A stretch of 64,000 nt of DNA, taken from a virus. This document shows, piece by piece, positions 8,055 through 18,026 of this stretch; position 1 is the stretch's first letter; each line of letters opens with the position of its first letter. Location: the IMG/VR virus record IMGVR_UViG_3300027749_000098, positions 7,421 through 71,420 of that record; one strand, 5' to 3'. The position numbers were made by a program, and so were the translations under genes. The notes beneath the pieces were generated by a model. The model was not told where the DNA came from. It made no database searches and was given only the letters and a program-made list of their open reading frames with translations.

Positions 8055-9392
8055 TTACATTAAGTTTTTCACAGCAAAGATTCTGTAATAGTTGTTGCTA
8101 CGTGGAGTAATTGCACCCAAGCCTTGGTTTGTACCTTCAGCGAATGGATTTGCTACTAAACCGTAACGAGTTTTGAAGCCGATTTTTGGTTGGAAAGTAC
8201 CTGGATCAACTGCACGAACCATTTGTAAAGGAACGTATGGGCAGTAGAATAAACCAGAGTCATAAGGGCTTGTGCCTTTATAACCAACTGTACATAATTC
8301 AACGTTTTGATATGAACCACCGAAGTAAGGATCGATATAAACTTTGATACGACCATGTAACAAACCAGCATATGTATTACCAGTATCATCAACTTGTAAA
8401 TCAGCTGATAATGCAGGAGTATATTGTAATACACCAGCCATTGCTAGAGCAGAAGCAACGTCAGAAGAAACGATTAAGATGTTACCTTTTCCTCTACGAG
8501 TTGTTTTAGCGATTTGATTAGCTTCTCTTTCGATATGATAAATCAAACCTTTAAATCTTTCAACTGACCAACGACCATTTGAGTCTGTATCTAAGTCGAA
8601 TACGCCTGGAGTAACTGTACCGAATTGAGCACCAGCTTTAGCTACTGTATAGATTGTACGAATTACTTCGCGGTTCATCTCAGCAAGAATTTCTGTAGAT
8701 AAAACGTTTGATAATTCAGTTTCAGCATCTAAACCATGGATTGCTTTTAAATCTTGAGCCATTTCTAAGCTGTATTCAGCTTTTAATGCACGAGTTTTAG
8801 CAGAAACAGTAACTTTTTCAATTGAAATTGACATTTCACCGAATACAGTACCATTACCATCGCCTAATACTTCGCCAGCAGCAGTTGACATGCCAGTACC
8901 AGTATCAAATACTGAACTGCCATTTGGACCAGAAGTACCAACTGCTGAATTAGATGTACCTGAAGCTCCAGAAGTACCAATAATACCTGAGAAGATAGTA
9001 TTAGCTTCATTGTAGAATGCTTCAGTTCCGCCACCAGAAGTGCTACCATTTGATTGAGCTGCGCCTTGAGCGCCATAACGTGAACGTAAAGCAAAGATTA
9101 ATCCAGTAGGACCAGTCATTGGTTGAACGCCAGCTACGTCATAAGCAATCAAATTAGGTAAAGCACGACGTACTAAACTGATTAAGATTGGATCGAAGTT
9201 AGAAATACCGCCAGTTGTATTAGTTGGTGTTCCTTCCATCAATGTTTCGCGATCTGAATCCATCGCTGCTTGTTGATTTTCCAATACAATTGCAGTAACT
9301 GCTTTTTTGTATGGATCAGTAATTTTTGCTAATTCTGGATGATCCAGAACTGGACTCCATTTATTTTGCAATTCTTCGTTTAATAAAGCCAT
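8055..9392 (-). CDS. gp23: Major capsid protein
   Basis: FDPILISLVRR, GVQPMTGPTGLIFA, KTRALKAEYS, FQPKIGFKTRYG. Confidence 0.98.
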   Translation of the reverse strand: MALLNEELQNKWSPVLDHPELAKITDPYKKAVTAIVLENQQAAMDSDRETLMEGTPTNTTGGISNFDPILISLVRRALPNLIAYDVAGVQPMTGPTGLIFALRSRYGAQGAAQSNGSTSGGGTEAFYNEANTIFSGIIGTSGASGTSNSAVGTSGPNGSSVFDTGTGMSTAAGEVLGDGNGTVFGEMSISIEKVTVSAKTRALKAEYSLEMAQDLKAIHGLDAETELSNVLSTEILAEMNREVIRTIYTVAKAGAQFGTVTPGVFDLDTDSNGRWSVERFKGLIYHIEREANQIAKTTRRGKGNILIVSSDVASALAMAGVLQYTPALSADLQVDDTGNTYAGLLHGRIKVYIDPYFGGSYQNVELCTVGYKGTSPYDSGLFYCPYVPLQMVRAVDPGTFQPKIGFKTRYGLVANPFAEGTNQGLGAITPRSNNYYRIFAVKNLM

Positions 9393-9419
9393 TTAGATAA
9401 ACTCCTTAAATTTTTATTT

Positions 9420-10499
9420 TTATTTTAAAATTGTTTGTGAAATACGTGAAGCATAAGCAGCGATTGTTGGATCAACTCTTTTTGCTGGTTTTACTTCTTC
9501 ATTTAAGTCAATAACGTCATTTAAAGATTCGATAGAAGCTGGTTTAACGGTAGATGCTGAGAAATAAGATTCTTTAATATCTTCCATTTGTGTAACAAAA
9601 TCATTTTCGCTTACAAATTCTACGCTCTCTGCGATAGTTTTAATTTTTTCAGCTTGAGATAATGTTAATCCTTCACATACTGCGTGAAGAGCTTCAACTT
9701 TCTTTTGTTCTGACAATTTTTGTTTCAAGTTAATGTTTTTATTCATTTCTTCATTAACTTGTTTTTCTAATGCCTCTACTTTAGAAGCTAATTCTTCTAC
9801 TACATCGAATTTTTCTTCAGGAATATCGATATAGTGTTCTTCGAATACGGTTTTTAAAGACTCAATAAAGCCTTCTGCAATTTCAGTTCTTAAACCTGAT
9901 TCAACTGCTAATTTATTTTCTTCCATCCACGATTCAGTAACGTAATCTAAATATTCGTCAACTTTATCAGTGAAATCTTCTTTCATATCTTCATAAGCTT
10001 CTTCGAATTGCGCAACATAATGCGCTTCTAATTCTTCAGCTAATTCACCAACTTTAGATTTAACAGCAGCTTCAAAAATAGCAGATGCTTTACGTTTAAA
10101 ACTTTCTGATAAGTTTTCGCCAGCCATTAATGCTGCGATATCTTCGTTTACTTCTTCTTCATCTTCGTCTGGTTCGCCTTCTTCATTAACACCTTTTTTA
10201 GGATGAAGATTTACTTTTGTATCAACTTTAGAAGCAGCTTCAGCTGGTTGTGGAGCTAATTTTTTCATTGGTTCAGCGCCAACAGGTGGTGTTTGTCCTG
10301 GAGGAGTTGCTGTTGGAGCTTCTACATCTACTTTTTCCCACTCAGCATTTCCAGTATCATTAGCTGTAGTTTTATTAGCTGTGTCATGCAATTTTTGACC
10401 TTGACCAAATGAATCTTGTTTTGCATCTTTGTCTTTTCTGTTGCCGTTTAGGATATCCATTGCAGCTTCAGAAAGATTTAAATTTTTTTGTGACATCAA
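9420..10499 (-). CDS. gp22: Prohead core scaffold protein
   Basis: LSESFKRKASAIFEAAV, WMEENKLAVESGLR; acidic; upstream of gp23. Confidence 0.9.
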   Translation of the reverse strand: MMSQKNLNLSEAAMDILNGNRKDKDAKQDSFGQGQKLHDTANKTTANDTGNAEWEKVDVEAPTATPPGQTPPVGAEPMKKLAPQPAEAASKVDTKVNLHPKKGVNEEGEPDEDEEEVNEDIAALMAGENLSESFKRKASAIFEAAVKSKVGELAEELEAHYVAQFEEAYEDMKEDFTDKVDEYLDYVTESWMEENKLAVESGLRTEIAEGFIESLKTVFEEHYIDIPEEKFDVVEELASKVEALEKQVNEEMNKNINLKQKLSEQKKVEALHAVCEGLTLSQAEKIKTIAESVEFVSENDFVTQMEDIKESYFSASTVKPASIESLNDVIDLNEEVKPAKRVDPTIAAYASRISQTILK

Positions 10500-10527
10500 A
10501 TATCTCCTATTAGATTTTTATAATAAT

Positions 10528-10535
10528 TATTTATA
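10528..10535 (-). promoter_or_regulatory. Late promoter TATAAATA (gp22-gp23)
   Basis: Exact consensus. Confidence 0.75.
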
Positions 10536-10551
10536 TAAATTAAATTTTGTA

Positions 10552-11193
10552 TTAAAGTTTTCTTAAAAAGTTTTCGAAGATTTTAAGAGCCATCGGTTCA
10601 ACTTCTTTAGCTGTAAGTTTTCTTAAAGTATCTCTTGATTCTTCAAGATATTGTTCAACCCAACCTTTACCTTCAATAAACATCCATTCTTTTCCTTCCA
10701 TTAAACCTTCAACATAGCAATCTTTACCTGATGGATCCAATACAATATCAACTGTTACTAAGCGAAAATCTGGTTGGACGTATTTAATTCCATTAGATTC
10801 TTTGATTGAGCCTAATCCTCTTGTTGATACTCCAAAATTTACGCCAGCATCAATAAATGATTTTACGATATTTCCATTAGGAGTATCTAAAACTTTAGCT
10901 TCACCATAGCAACGATGATCATCAAAATCCAATTTAGTAATAAGGTGAGATACTTTATCTGGGTTAATTTGCGGTCCTTCTGGGTGAGACAATTCACCTA
11001 AAGATCTACGAGTATCAATATAATCTCTTTTATATCTTGTTACTTCAGGTAGCATATGCTCTTTTACATAAACTCTACCATTTCTGTTTTGTTCATTACA
11101 ATGAATGAAATAACCTTTAATAGTATGATTCTTTTTACCGTTAGCTTCTTCTACAAGAACTTCTGTTTCGGTAAACTCATTTAACAATTTCAT
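10552..11193 (-). CDS. gp21: Prohead protease
   Basis: NRNGRVY, LGELSHP, GVSTRGLGS. Confidence 0.95.
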   Translation of the reverse strand: MKLLNEFTETEVLVEEANGKKNHTIKGYFIHCNEQNRNGRVYVKEHMLPEVTRYKRDYIDTRRSLGELSHPEGPQINPDKVSHLITKLDFDDHRCYGEAKVLDTPNGNIVKSFIDAGVNFGVSTRGLGSIKESNGIKYVQPDFRLVTVDIVLDPSGKDCYVEGLMEGKEWMFIEGKGWVEQYLEESRDTLRKLTAKEVEPMALKIFENFLRKL

Positions 11194-11209
11194 CGTTTGT
11201 TAACTCCTG

Positions 11210-11611
11210 TTATTGACCAGATTCTTCCGATAAATCTGTTGATTGTAATTGAGCAGCCTGTTCCAAAATTTCCAAGAAACTTTTATCTGAAACGTGTAAT
11301 TGTTCTGCTAATTCTTCATTATTGTTGATGAAATTTAAAATTACATCAGCGCATTCTTTATTTATATTTAACTCCGACTGGTCGTCAAATATAATAACTC
11401 CTATATCATCATTCTCTGATATTTGTGTTAACTTTTCTAAAACTGATTCTGTTGTATTAGAAAAGCTAGAACCGTCCAAAGGAACAGTGATAAATTGATC
11501 TAGATGTTCAGAATGATATAATGCAACTTGTTGCCCATTAGGGAATCTCTGAATATACGTTCTTTTTAGAATTAATACTTGAGGTAAATCTTTATGTACT
11601 TTTTTAGTCAT
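11210..11611 (-). CDS. Hypothetical/prohead core protein between portal and protease
   Basis: Position of T4 gp67/68; sequence not confidently assigned. Confidence 0.55.
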   Translation of the reverse strand: MTKKVHKDLPQVLILKRTYIQRFPNGQQVALYHSEHLDQFITVPLDGSSFSNTTESVLEKLTQISENDDIGVIIFDDQSELNINKECADVILNFINNNEELAEQLHVSDKSFLEILEQAAQLQSTDLSEESGQ

Positions 11612-13307
11612 AGTATGGATTCTTTGCTGATTTATCTAAAGGTTGTTTATTTGATTTTTTATTTCCTGTAGCAGGTTTACCTACAGACGGATCTTGATCA
11701 TTTGCATCTTGATCATTAGGCACCCCATCTCCATCTGGATCAGCATTAGGATCTTCTCCAGGTGCTCCAGGAGCTTGACCAGAATCTCCGCCTAATCCAG
11801 CCATTGGGTCGTTCATTAACTTTGGATCCGGATATACTTCATCTTTAATTTCTTGTGCAATTTGTTTTTGCATTTCTTCAATTTCATCGTCATCCATTTT
11901 AAGGATATTTTTCTGAATCCATTCTTGCGAATAATAAACACCTTTATATGGATCAACAACTGCTAATAAATTTAATCTATTTTGTAATAACTCTGCGTCT
12001 TTCATTTCAGCATAATTATTATCTCTAATAAATTCATAATCAAAATCTTGTTTATATACATCAAATTCATCATCAGTGCAAATACCTTTTAATTGGCATT
12101 GAACTTTTAATGCTTGATCAAATAAATCTGAAAATTTATTTCTTAATCTTTGTATAAATTTATCAAACTTGATTTCATCACGAGAAATTACTTGATTGGT
12201 ACCAACGTCAAATGCGCTATCTGGTTGAACTAACCTAGAGAAAGGAACATTAAGTGCTTTATATAATTTTTTCTCGAAATATTCTACCATTGACATATCA
12301 TCAAATGCAGCAGATGATGGTAATGTAGTAATTTCTGTTGATTTATTGTCAGAGCGTCTAGGCAACCAGAAATCATCCATCATAGAAAGGAATCTTCTAT
12401 CATCTCTAATTTCGCCTGTTGTAGCGTCATAAACAACTTTATTTTTATATTTGGTCATAATATCTTTAAGATATTGTTCTGCCTTCATTTTAGGTAGATT
12501 ACCAACATCAATATAAAAAATACGTCTTTCTGGAGCTCTTGATACTTTGTAAATTATGCTAGCATCCTCGATCATTCTTAATTGATTTAGAGGTTTAATG
12601 CATTTATGTAAGTTACTTAATATAATTGATCGTTTTGCGTCTAACAAACCTGATGTGACGCAAATCATAGCGTCTGGGGCAATTCTTAATCCGGAATTTG
12701 TTAAATTAGATTTTGTTGATATAGTGTCAGAATAGATATAATATTCAACATAACCAGCAACAATATCATAACCAGTAGCCTGATCTTTTACTTTTCTAAT
12801 TTCGCGAATTTTTGTAATTTTTCTTGGATCTGTGTATCTTAATTCTTGAATACCTGCATTTGGATTTGCTTTATCAAGAATAATATTATAATACATTCTT
12901 CCGTCAACATAATATCTTCTAAAGATATCTTGACCCAATTGTTTAAAATTCAAAAGAGTCAAGATATTATCAAATTCGTCTTCAATAGCTTTTTTTATTT
13001 TGGGTGCAACTTTTAGATTATCTAATTTTAATTTTACAATAACTCCATCTTCATTGATAATTGCTTCATTGATTATATCATCAACAGCGCTTTCAATTTC
13101 TGGCTGCATAGCCATTTCGCGATATCGAGTAATTAACTCAACATCATTTTTATAATTTGAATCTAAATCAATAGTAGTACCATAATGAGCTGCTGCAGTT
13201 ATGGTAACTGCACCATCATCTAGTACTGGAGCTGAAAAAGAAGGTAGCACTTCCTGTGCTGGTGTATCTTTCCCTATTTTAAAACCGAATAATGAAAATT
13301 TAGCCAA
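11604..13307 (-). CDS. gp20: Portal protein
   Basis: YYVDGR, KPLNQLRMIEDA, RAPERRIFYIDVGNLPK, DFWLPRR; TTG start. Confidence 0.97.
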   Translation of the reverse strand: MAKFSLFGFKIGKDTPAQEVLPSFSAPVLDDGAVTITAAAHYGTTIDLDSNYKNDVELITRYREMAMQPEIESAVDDIINEAIINEDGVIVKLKLDNLKVAPKIKKAIEDEFDNILTLLNFKQLGQDIFRRYYVDGRMYYNIILDKANPNAGIQELRYTDPRKITKIREIRKVKDQATGYDIVAGYVEYYIYSDTISTKSNLTNSGLRIAPDAMICVTSGLLDAKRSIILSNLHKCIKPLNQLRMIEDASIIYKVSRAPERRIFYIDVGNLPKMKAEQYLKDIMTKYKNKVVYDATTGEIRDDRRFLSMMDDFWLPRRSDNKSTEITTLPSSAAFDDMSMVEYFEKKLYKALNVPFSRLVQPDSAFDVGTNQVISRDEIKFDKFIQRLRNKFSDLFDQALKVQCQLKGICTDDEFDVYKQDFDYEFIRDNNYAEMKDAELLQNRLNLLAVVDPYKGVYYSQEWIQKNILKMDDDEIEEMQKQIAQEIKDEVYPDPKLMNDPMAGLGGDSGQAPGAPGEDPNADPDGDGVPNDQDANDQDPSVGKPATGNKKSNKQPLDKSAKNPYYD

Positions 13308-13350
13308 AATAAATTACCTTTTTTAAATATTAATAGTATATTCTTATATA

Positions 13351-13890
13351 TTAGGTTACTGATTTAGCTGACCAATATTGATAAGAGAATGTTACTCCAA
13401 ATTCTTCTATTCTGTCATTTGAACCCCAGTCAAGAGAAATTGGGTCAACTGTGTTAGGGAACATACCAACAAATTTATATTCTTTGATTGGTGCGCCAGT
13501 TTTACTATATTGTGTTACTGTAGCATCGCAGCAATATAGTAATGAATTAATTGCTCCAGCAGCACGAATGTTTTGCGAATGACTGTTTAATTTATCTGAC
13601 CAAGTTTCGAATGCATTTCTGATCGTAAAATCTTCGTCATTAATAATTGTAATACTCCAATCCGGAAATTGTCTATCACCAGCAAATTTTACTTGACGAC
13701 CGAAATAAAATTGTGAAGCAACACCAACTATAGATGGTGGTAACGTAGTTGCATGAGCCATAAATGTTAATTTTTGAGATGCAACAGGTGAACTCGCAAT
13801 AGTTGGAAATGTTAATGCAACTGAAAATAAATTCGGTCTAGCACCATCACCAATCATTGCTGATCTAAATTCTGCAATATTGAACGCCAT
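13351..13890 (-). CDS. gp19: Tail tube protein
   Basis: GARPNLF, GRQVKFAGDR, WSITIINDEDF, IEEFGVTFSYQYW. Confidence 0.95.
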   Translation of the reverse strand: MAFNIAEFRSAMIGDGARPNLFSVALTFPTIASSPVASQKLTFMAHATTLPPSIVGVASQFYFGRQVKFAGDRQFPDWSITIINDEDFTIRNAFETWSDKLNSHSQNIRAAGAINSLLYCCDATVTQYSKTGAPIKEYKFVGMFPNTVDPISLDWGSNDRIEEFGVTFSYQYWSAKSVT

Positions 13891-13933
13891 GTTCGGATAC
13901 TCCTTGATAAAAAATCGTAAATATTCTTTTAAT

Positions 13934-13941
13934 TATTTATA
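13934..13941 (-). promoter_or_regulatory. Late promoter TATAAATA (gp19)
   Basis: Exact consensus. Confidence 0.75.
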
Positions 13942-13944
13942 ATG

Positions 13945-13974
13945 GTGGGTGACGAAGAAATTAACGTCACCCAC
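13945..13974 (-). terminator. Stem-loop after gp18 (terminator or processing hairpin)
   Basis: GTGGGTGACG-N10-CGTCACCCAC inverted repeat. Confidence 0.55.
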
Positions 13975-13985
13975 TATCTTGTTAT

Positions 13986-16106
13986 TTAAAATTTACCAGC
14001 AATCTCAGTAAAGTCAACGCCAGTACGAACTGCTACGAAATTTAATTGTATAAAGTTAATTGATCTGGATGGTTTGATATAGATATCACCAATAAATCTA
14101 TTTGTATCAATAACTTCTGCAGTATTATTTGTTTCATCGCATATTACTTTAAAGTCATAAATACCTCTACGACCTTTTACATCTCTTAAGAATGGTTCAA
14201 CCATAGATATAAATTGAGCTCTTGTAAACGCGTCATTGAATTCAAATAAAGAGTATTTTGCAGCAATTGCAATAGATTTTTCAAGAACAATAAACAATCT
14301 ACGAACATTAATACGATCGAATGCAGATGGTTTCATTTGCATTGTTTTATCGCCATAAAGAACAATACCTTCTCCTGGGAATGAAACAACTGGATTAATA
14401 CCATTTTTATATAACTCATCTCTTTGAGCTTTTGTTGGGTTAAATGATAATTTAATAGCATTTAAAATTTGCCCGCGATTAAAGCCTGCAGGAGAGAACC
14501 ATGGATCTCTAATACTATCAGTTCTAGCGCATAAACCAGCAATATCACCATTTAATGGGACATAACGATATTTGTTGTTATATTTATCGAATTGATATTT
14601 CCATCCAGAATCAAATACTGAATATGAAGTTGATGGAGTTAAACTTTGTCTATAGTCAATAATCTTATCAACATTAATTGCATCAACAGCATCAGTTCTT
14701 GTCGGAGAAATGAAAGCTACGCAATCTTTTCTTGCATTTACAATATCTAAACAATGATTAGCAATAGTTGCATTTGCCTCTCCAGTAAACAATAAAGAAA
14801 TATCAACTTCATCTGGATCAGAAAATAAATCATATGATGTTTGAATATCTGCAAGTGATGGAGCGTTATCTGTTCCACCTTTTAATCTTACTGAATAATT
14901 ATTTACTGAATCATATTCTAATCCAGAAGAAGTAGGTGTTCCCCAATTTGATGTTCCAGTTAAATGATCAGCAACATAAATGTATTTAGAACCGTTAAAT
15001 ACTTTAGTTACATAATAATTTGGAGCTCCATCATCTGTTACTGCATCTTCAGCTGTAGATACATGAGCAAATTTTTCTATTGGAGTATTTCTTTCTCCTG
15101 AAAACTTACCATCAGAATCGACAACAATTATATGGATTTCATCATTAGCAACATTTTTTCTTTCTCCATAGATAGAAGTTCCTGGAGCAGAATCAAAATC
15201 AGCCGCATATGCCCAACTTGTTGTTGTGGTTGCATTATATTTTGTGTTAACTGCGGTATTTGTTAATGTTAACTGTGAAGTTGTTGAAGTTACTGCACCA
15301 ATACTTGCAACTGTATATGTAGTTCCGCTTATTGTTATTAAATCGCCAGATGACAAAAATGTATTTGCATAACCTGTATTTAAAGTTACTGCTGCATTAC
15401 CTAATACAGTATTCGCAGTTAAACCCATTTTTTTAAATGAGTGTGCAGAAGAACAAACAGAAACAGTTAATGAATTACCAAATGCTCCAGGATAACGACC
15501 ATAAAACGCGCCAAATTGATGTTTAGATCCTGCTGCAAAATGAACTTCGTAATCTTCTTCGTTTGCAATACTTACATTAGTGTTATATGTAGGTAATACA
15601 ACTGGTCTGTTGGTTGAATCACCAACTAAATTCGCGACAACATGTACAGTATTCCCGCTAACTGTATTTGCTGTCAAAGAAAAAATATTTCCAGCGGAAT
15701 TAGTTATTTTAAAAACGTCTCCGCTATGTAAATAGTCAGCAACATCATCATTAAATACAACTGTTGTACTATTATTTGTAGTAGAAGCAGTTAAATTACT
15801 TAAATCGATAAAATCCGAAATTGCTGTAGCATTAAACGTATTTGCATTATCAATAGCTCTAACTAATCTAAGATTATTTGTATACGCTAAAAAGTTAGCA
15901 GCAGAAAAGAATGACGTATAGTTTGTATTGTTTGGTTTACCAAAATTTGCAGCTAATCTGTTTTCAGAATCAACTAATGTTCTGATACCTGCTGGTCCCC
16001 AGCTAAATTGTCCGGCAAATGCTCCAACTGAAGAACCGACGCCTGGAACGACATTGGTTAAATCAATTTCTGATACATTTACTCCAGGTGATAATTGAAA
16101 CCCCAT
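13986..16106 (-). CDS. gp18: Tail sheath protein
   Basis: SPGVNVSEIDLT, PWFSPAGFNRG, AFDRINVRRLF, KPSRSINFI. Confidence 0.97.
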   Translation of the reverse strand: MGFQLSPGVNVSEIDLTNVVPGVGSSVGAFAGQFSWGPAGIRTLVDSENRLAANFGKPNNTNYTSFFSAANFLAYTNNLRLVRAIDNANTFNATAISDFIDLSNLTASTTNNSTTVVFNDDVADYLHSGDVFKITNSAGNIFSLTANTVSGNTVHVVANLVGDSTNRPVVLPTYNTNVSIANEEDYEVHFAAGSKHQFGAFYGRYPGAFGNSLTVSVCSSAHSFKKMGLTANTVLGNAAVTLNTGYANTFLSSGDLITISGTTYTVASIGAVTSTTSQLTLTNTAVNTKYNATTTTSWAYAADFDSAPGTSIYGERKNVANDEIHIIVVDSDGKFSGERNTPIEKFAHVSTAEDAVTDDGAPNYYVTKVFNGSKYIYVADHLTGTSNWGTPTSSGLEYDSVNNYSVRLKGGTDNAPSLADIQTSYDLFSDPDEVDISLLFTGEANATIANHCLDIVNARKDCVAFISPTRTDAVDAINVDKIIDYRQSLTPSTSYSVFDSGWKYQFDKYNNKYRYVPLNGDIAGLCARTDSIRDPWFSPAGFNRGQILNAIKLSFNPTKAQRDELYKNGINPVVSFPGEGIVLYGDKTMQMKPSAFDRINVRRLFIVLEKSIAIAAKYSLFEFNDAFTRAQFISMVEPFLRDVKGRRGIYDFKVICDETNNTAEVIDTNRFIGDIYIKPSRSINFIQLNFVAVRTGVDFTEIAGKF

Positions 16107-16153
16107 AAATTGTACTCCTTGTTATAAAAATAGAAAATCAGTTTTCATAGAGT

Positions 16154-16161
16154 TATTTATA
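16154..16161 (-). promoter_or_regulatory. Late promoter TATAAATA (gp18)
   Basis: Exact consensus. Confidence 0.75.
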
Positions 16162-16178
16162 ATATTTTGCGTTTATGT

Positions 16179-17408
16179 TTACCAATAACTTTCAACTGGT
16201 TGTACAACTTCCCATAAATCTCCATCTTCTAACGTAAATCTATCCATTAATGGATTACTAAATTGCGGCATAGGTGGAACATCAATATCATCTTCTTTAA
16301 TATAATTATTTTCTATTTGTAATCTTTTGCGAATATCAGTAGATGATAATTCTATAAATAATTTTTGAGTTGATAACCAAGCAAAAATAACTAAAGTCAT
16401 CGCTAAATCATCATTTGCTCCTTCTTCAGCTGCAAATGAATTATTTGTTGCAATAAATCTAGTTAATTCGTATATTGTTTCGCTGGAATTAATTCGTAAT
16501 TTATCAGTTTCAATTAAAGTCTTTAAAGTAGTACAACCAACACGTTTTACTAATGGACTCATATTAACGCCATTTTGTGTGGCTTTACCGTTCTCGCTTA
16601 TTTGTTGAGCTTTTTTGTTTCCTGCATAAACTTTTAATACATTTTCATATTCTAAATCTTGAAATAAAGTATCAGCTACTGTTGGATTATTGTTTACTTC
16701 AATTAATACATATGCATTGTTATAATATTCTCCAGCCATTTTAATAATATCTGGAAATAACATTGGATGTAATTGATTATTTCTATATGTAGCTACTTGT
16801 GTGTATGGAATTGTTGATACATCAAAAATAGAAAATGCAGCAAAATCCAAGTTTTTCCCTTCTGAGACGTCAACAGTCATTGCATAGATATGATCTTTAT
16901 CTATTTGTTTTTTAGTTTCATCATCAAATGATTCTTTAACCGGAGGGATAAATACATCCATTTCATTTGGAATTGTTATTCCAGCAAATATTTCATCATC
17001 TGTATCTAATGGATCTACTGCAACAAGAGTTTGTAATTTTGAACCATCGATTAATGTATTTGTAGATCCTAAAAATTCGCAATTATGCGATAAAATTCCA
17101 TTAGTATAATAACATTTATCGTTTCCCGCATCTATGACATCAAAAACTTCTTCTAATTCAAAATTTTCAGAAATAAAATCAATTTTAGAAAATCCATGAA
17201 TAGTCTCTATAAAATCTAAATCAGATAATTCGCTAATTTCTTTATAACCATCAAGAGTTTTTATTTTATGATCTATAGTACAATCAAGAAAACAGTTATT
17301 TTGTGTTATAATCTGAACGGTTCGTTTTTTATGTAATTTATTTACACCTCTAAACTTTTCCCATCCATTTATAGTTTTTATTTTATATTTTGTATTTTTC
17401 CCAAACAT
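16179..17408 (-). CDS. gp17: Large terminase C-terminal (nuclease) half preceded by a 109-aa C-intein
   Basis: ...CTIDHK (block B TxxH)...YYTNGILSHN|CEFLGSTNTLI; then DVSEGKNLDF, EVNN, NDDLAM RNase-H-like terminase motifs. Confidence 0.92.
   Translation of the reverse strand: MFGKNTKYKIKTINGWEKFRGVNKLHKKRTVQIITQNNCFLDCTIDHKIKTLDGYKEISELSDLDFIETIHGFSKIDFISENFELEEVFDVIDAGNDKCYYTNGILSHNCEFLGSTNTLIDGSKLQTLVAVDPLDTDDEIFAGITIPNEMDVFIPPVKESFDDETKKQIDKDHIYAMTVDVSEGKNLDFAAFSIFDVSTIPYTQVATYRNNQLHPMLFPDIIKMAGEYYNNAYVLIEVNNNPTVADTLFQDLEYENVLKVYAGNKKAQQISENGKATQNGVNMSPLVKRVGCTTLKTLIETDKLRINSSETIYELTRFIATNNSFAAEEGANDDLAMTLVIFAWLSTQKLFIELSSTDIRKRLQIENNYIKEDDIDVPPMPQFSNPLMDRFTLEDGDLWEVVQPVESYW
17082..17408 (-). 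mobile_element. Split intein C-fragment (IntC, 109 aa), TerL atypical split-intein type
   Basis: Ends SHN followed by +1 Cys. Confidence 0.88.
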
Positions 17409-17979
17409 GTTTCCAACTTTTTTTGGTTAATAATCGCATTAAAGCTGCTGGAGTTAATTCATAAGTATTTGCATAAAACTTAGAAAAACTCCATTCATAT
17501 GAATCAACTCTACCGTTTCTTTGTGTTATTCCTTCTGACTCTAATTTTGGTCTACTAAAATATAATTCTAATATTTCTATAACTTGGTTTTCTTTTAATT
17601 TTGCTTTAGAATTTAATTCCCCAGTGCTATTTTTAGAACGTTTTATTTTTAAATCTTCGGAAACAAATATTTTTTTACCTTTATTCCATGGAATAGTTCC
17701 TTTTTTTACTCCTCCAATTCCAGGTCTTTTAATTCCTTTTTGTATATTAGAAATTTGTTCTGTTGACATATCCATACGTTTCATTATCATGGCGCAAGCT
17801 CCGAATTCCTCTTGCGCTTGATGAATATTAAAATGCTCGCATATTGATACGCATTTCAAATTGGTAATATCATTATTATTCCTATTACCGTCTATATGGT
17901 GTATTTCATATGTTCTTCCTTCATAATCTTTTGGAATACTACCATAATGCTCTTCCCATATTTTTCTATGTTTTGACAT
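17383..17979 (-). CDS. Free-standing HNH homing endonuclease between the terminase halves
   Basis: EIHHIDGNRNNNDITNL...EH HNH motif; PWNKG and NSKAKL DNA-binding motifs; overlaps the IntC start by 26 nt. Confidence 0.9.
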   Translation of the reverse strand: MSKHRKIWEEHYGSIPKDYEGRTYEIHHIDGNRNNNDITNLKCVSICEHFNIHQAQEEFGACAMIMKRMDMSTEQISNIQKGIKRPGIGGVKKGTIPWNKGKKIFVSEDLKIKRSKNSTGELNSKAKLKENQVIEILELYFSRPKLESEGITQRNGRVDSYEWSFSKFYANTYELTPAALMRLLTKKSWKHVWEKYKI

Positions 17980-18005
17980 AAATATGCTCCTATTATAAAT
18001 ATAAT

Positions 18006-18013
18006 TATTTATA
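18006..18013 (-). promoter_or_regulatory. Late promoter TATAAATA for HNH plus TerL-C
   Basis: Exact consensus, part of an 11-bp inverted repeat. Confidence 0.75.
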
Positions 18014-18026
18014 ATATTATGAATTC

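Noticed and set aside
17383-18026. Group I intron interrupting terL
   Set aside because: Both flanks carry protein-level intein motifs (Cys1; HN|Cys) and there is no room for a ribozyme core outside the HNH ORF
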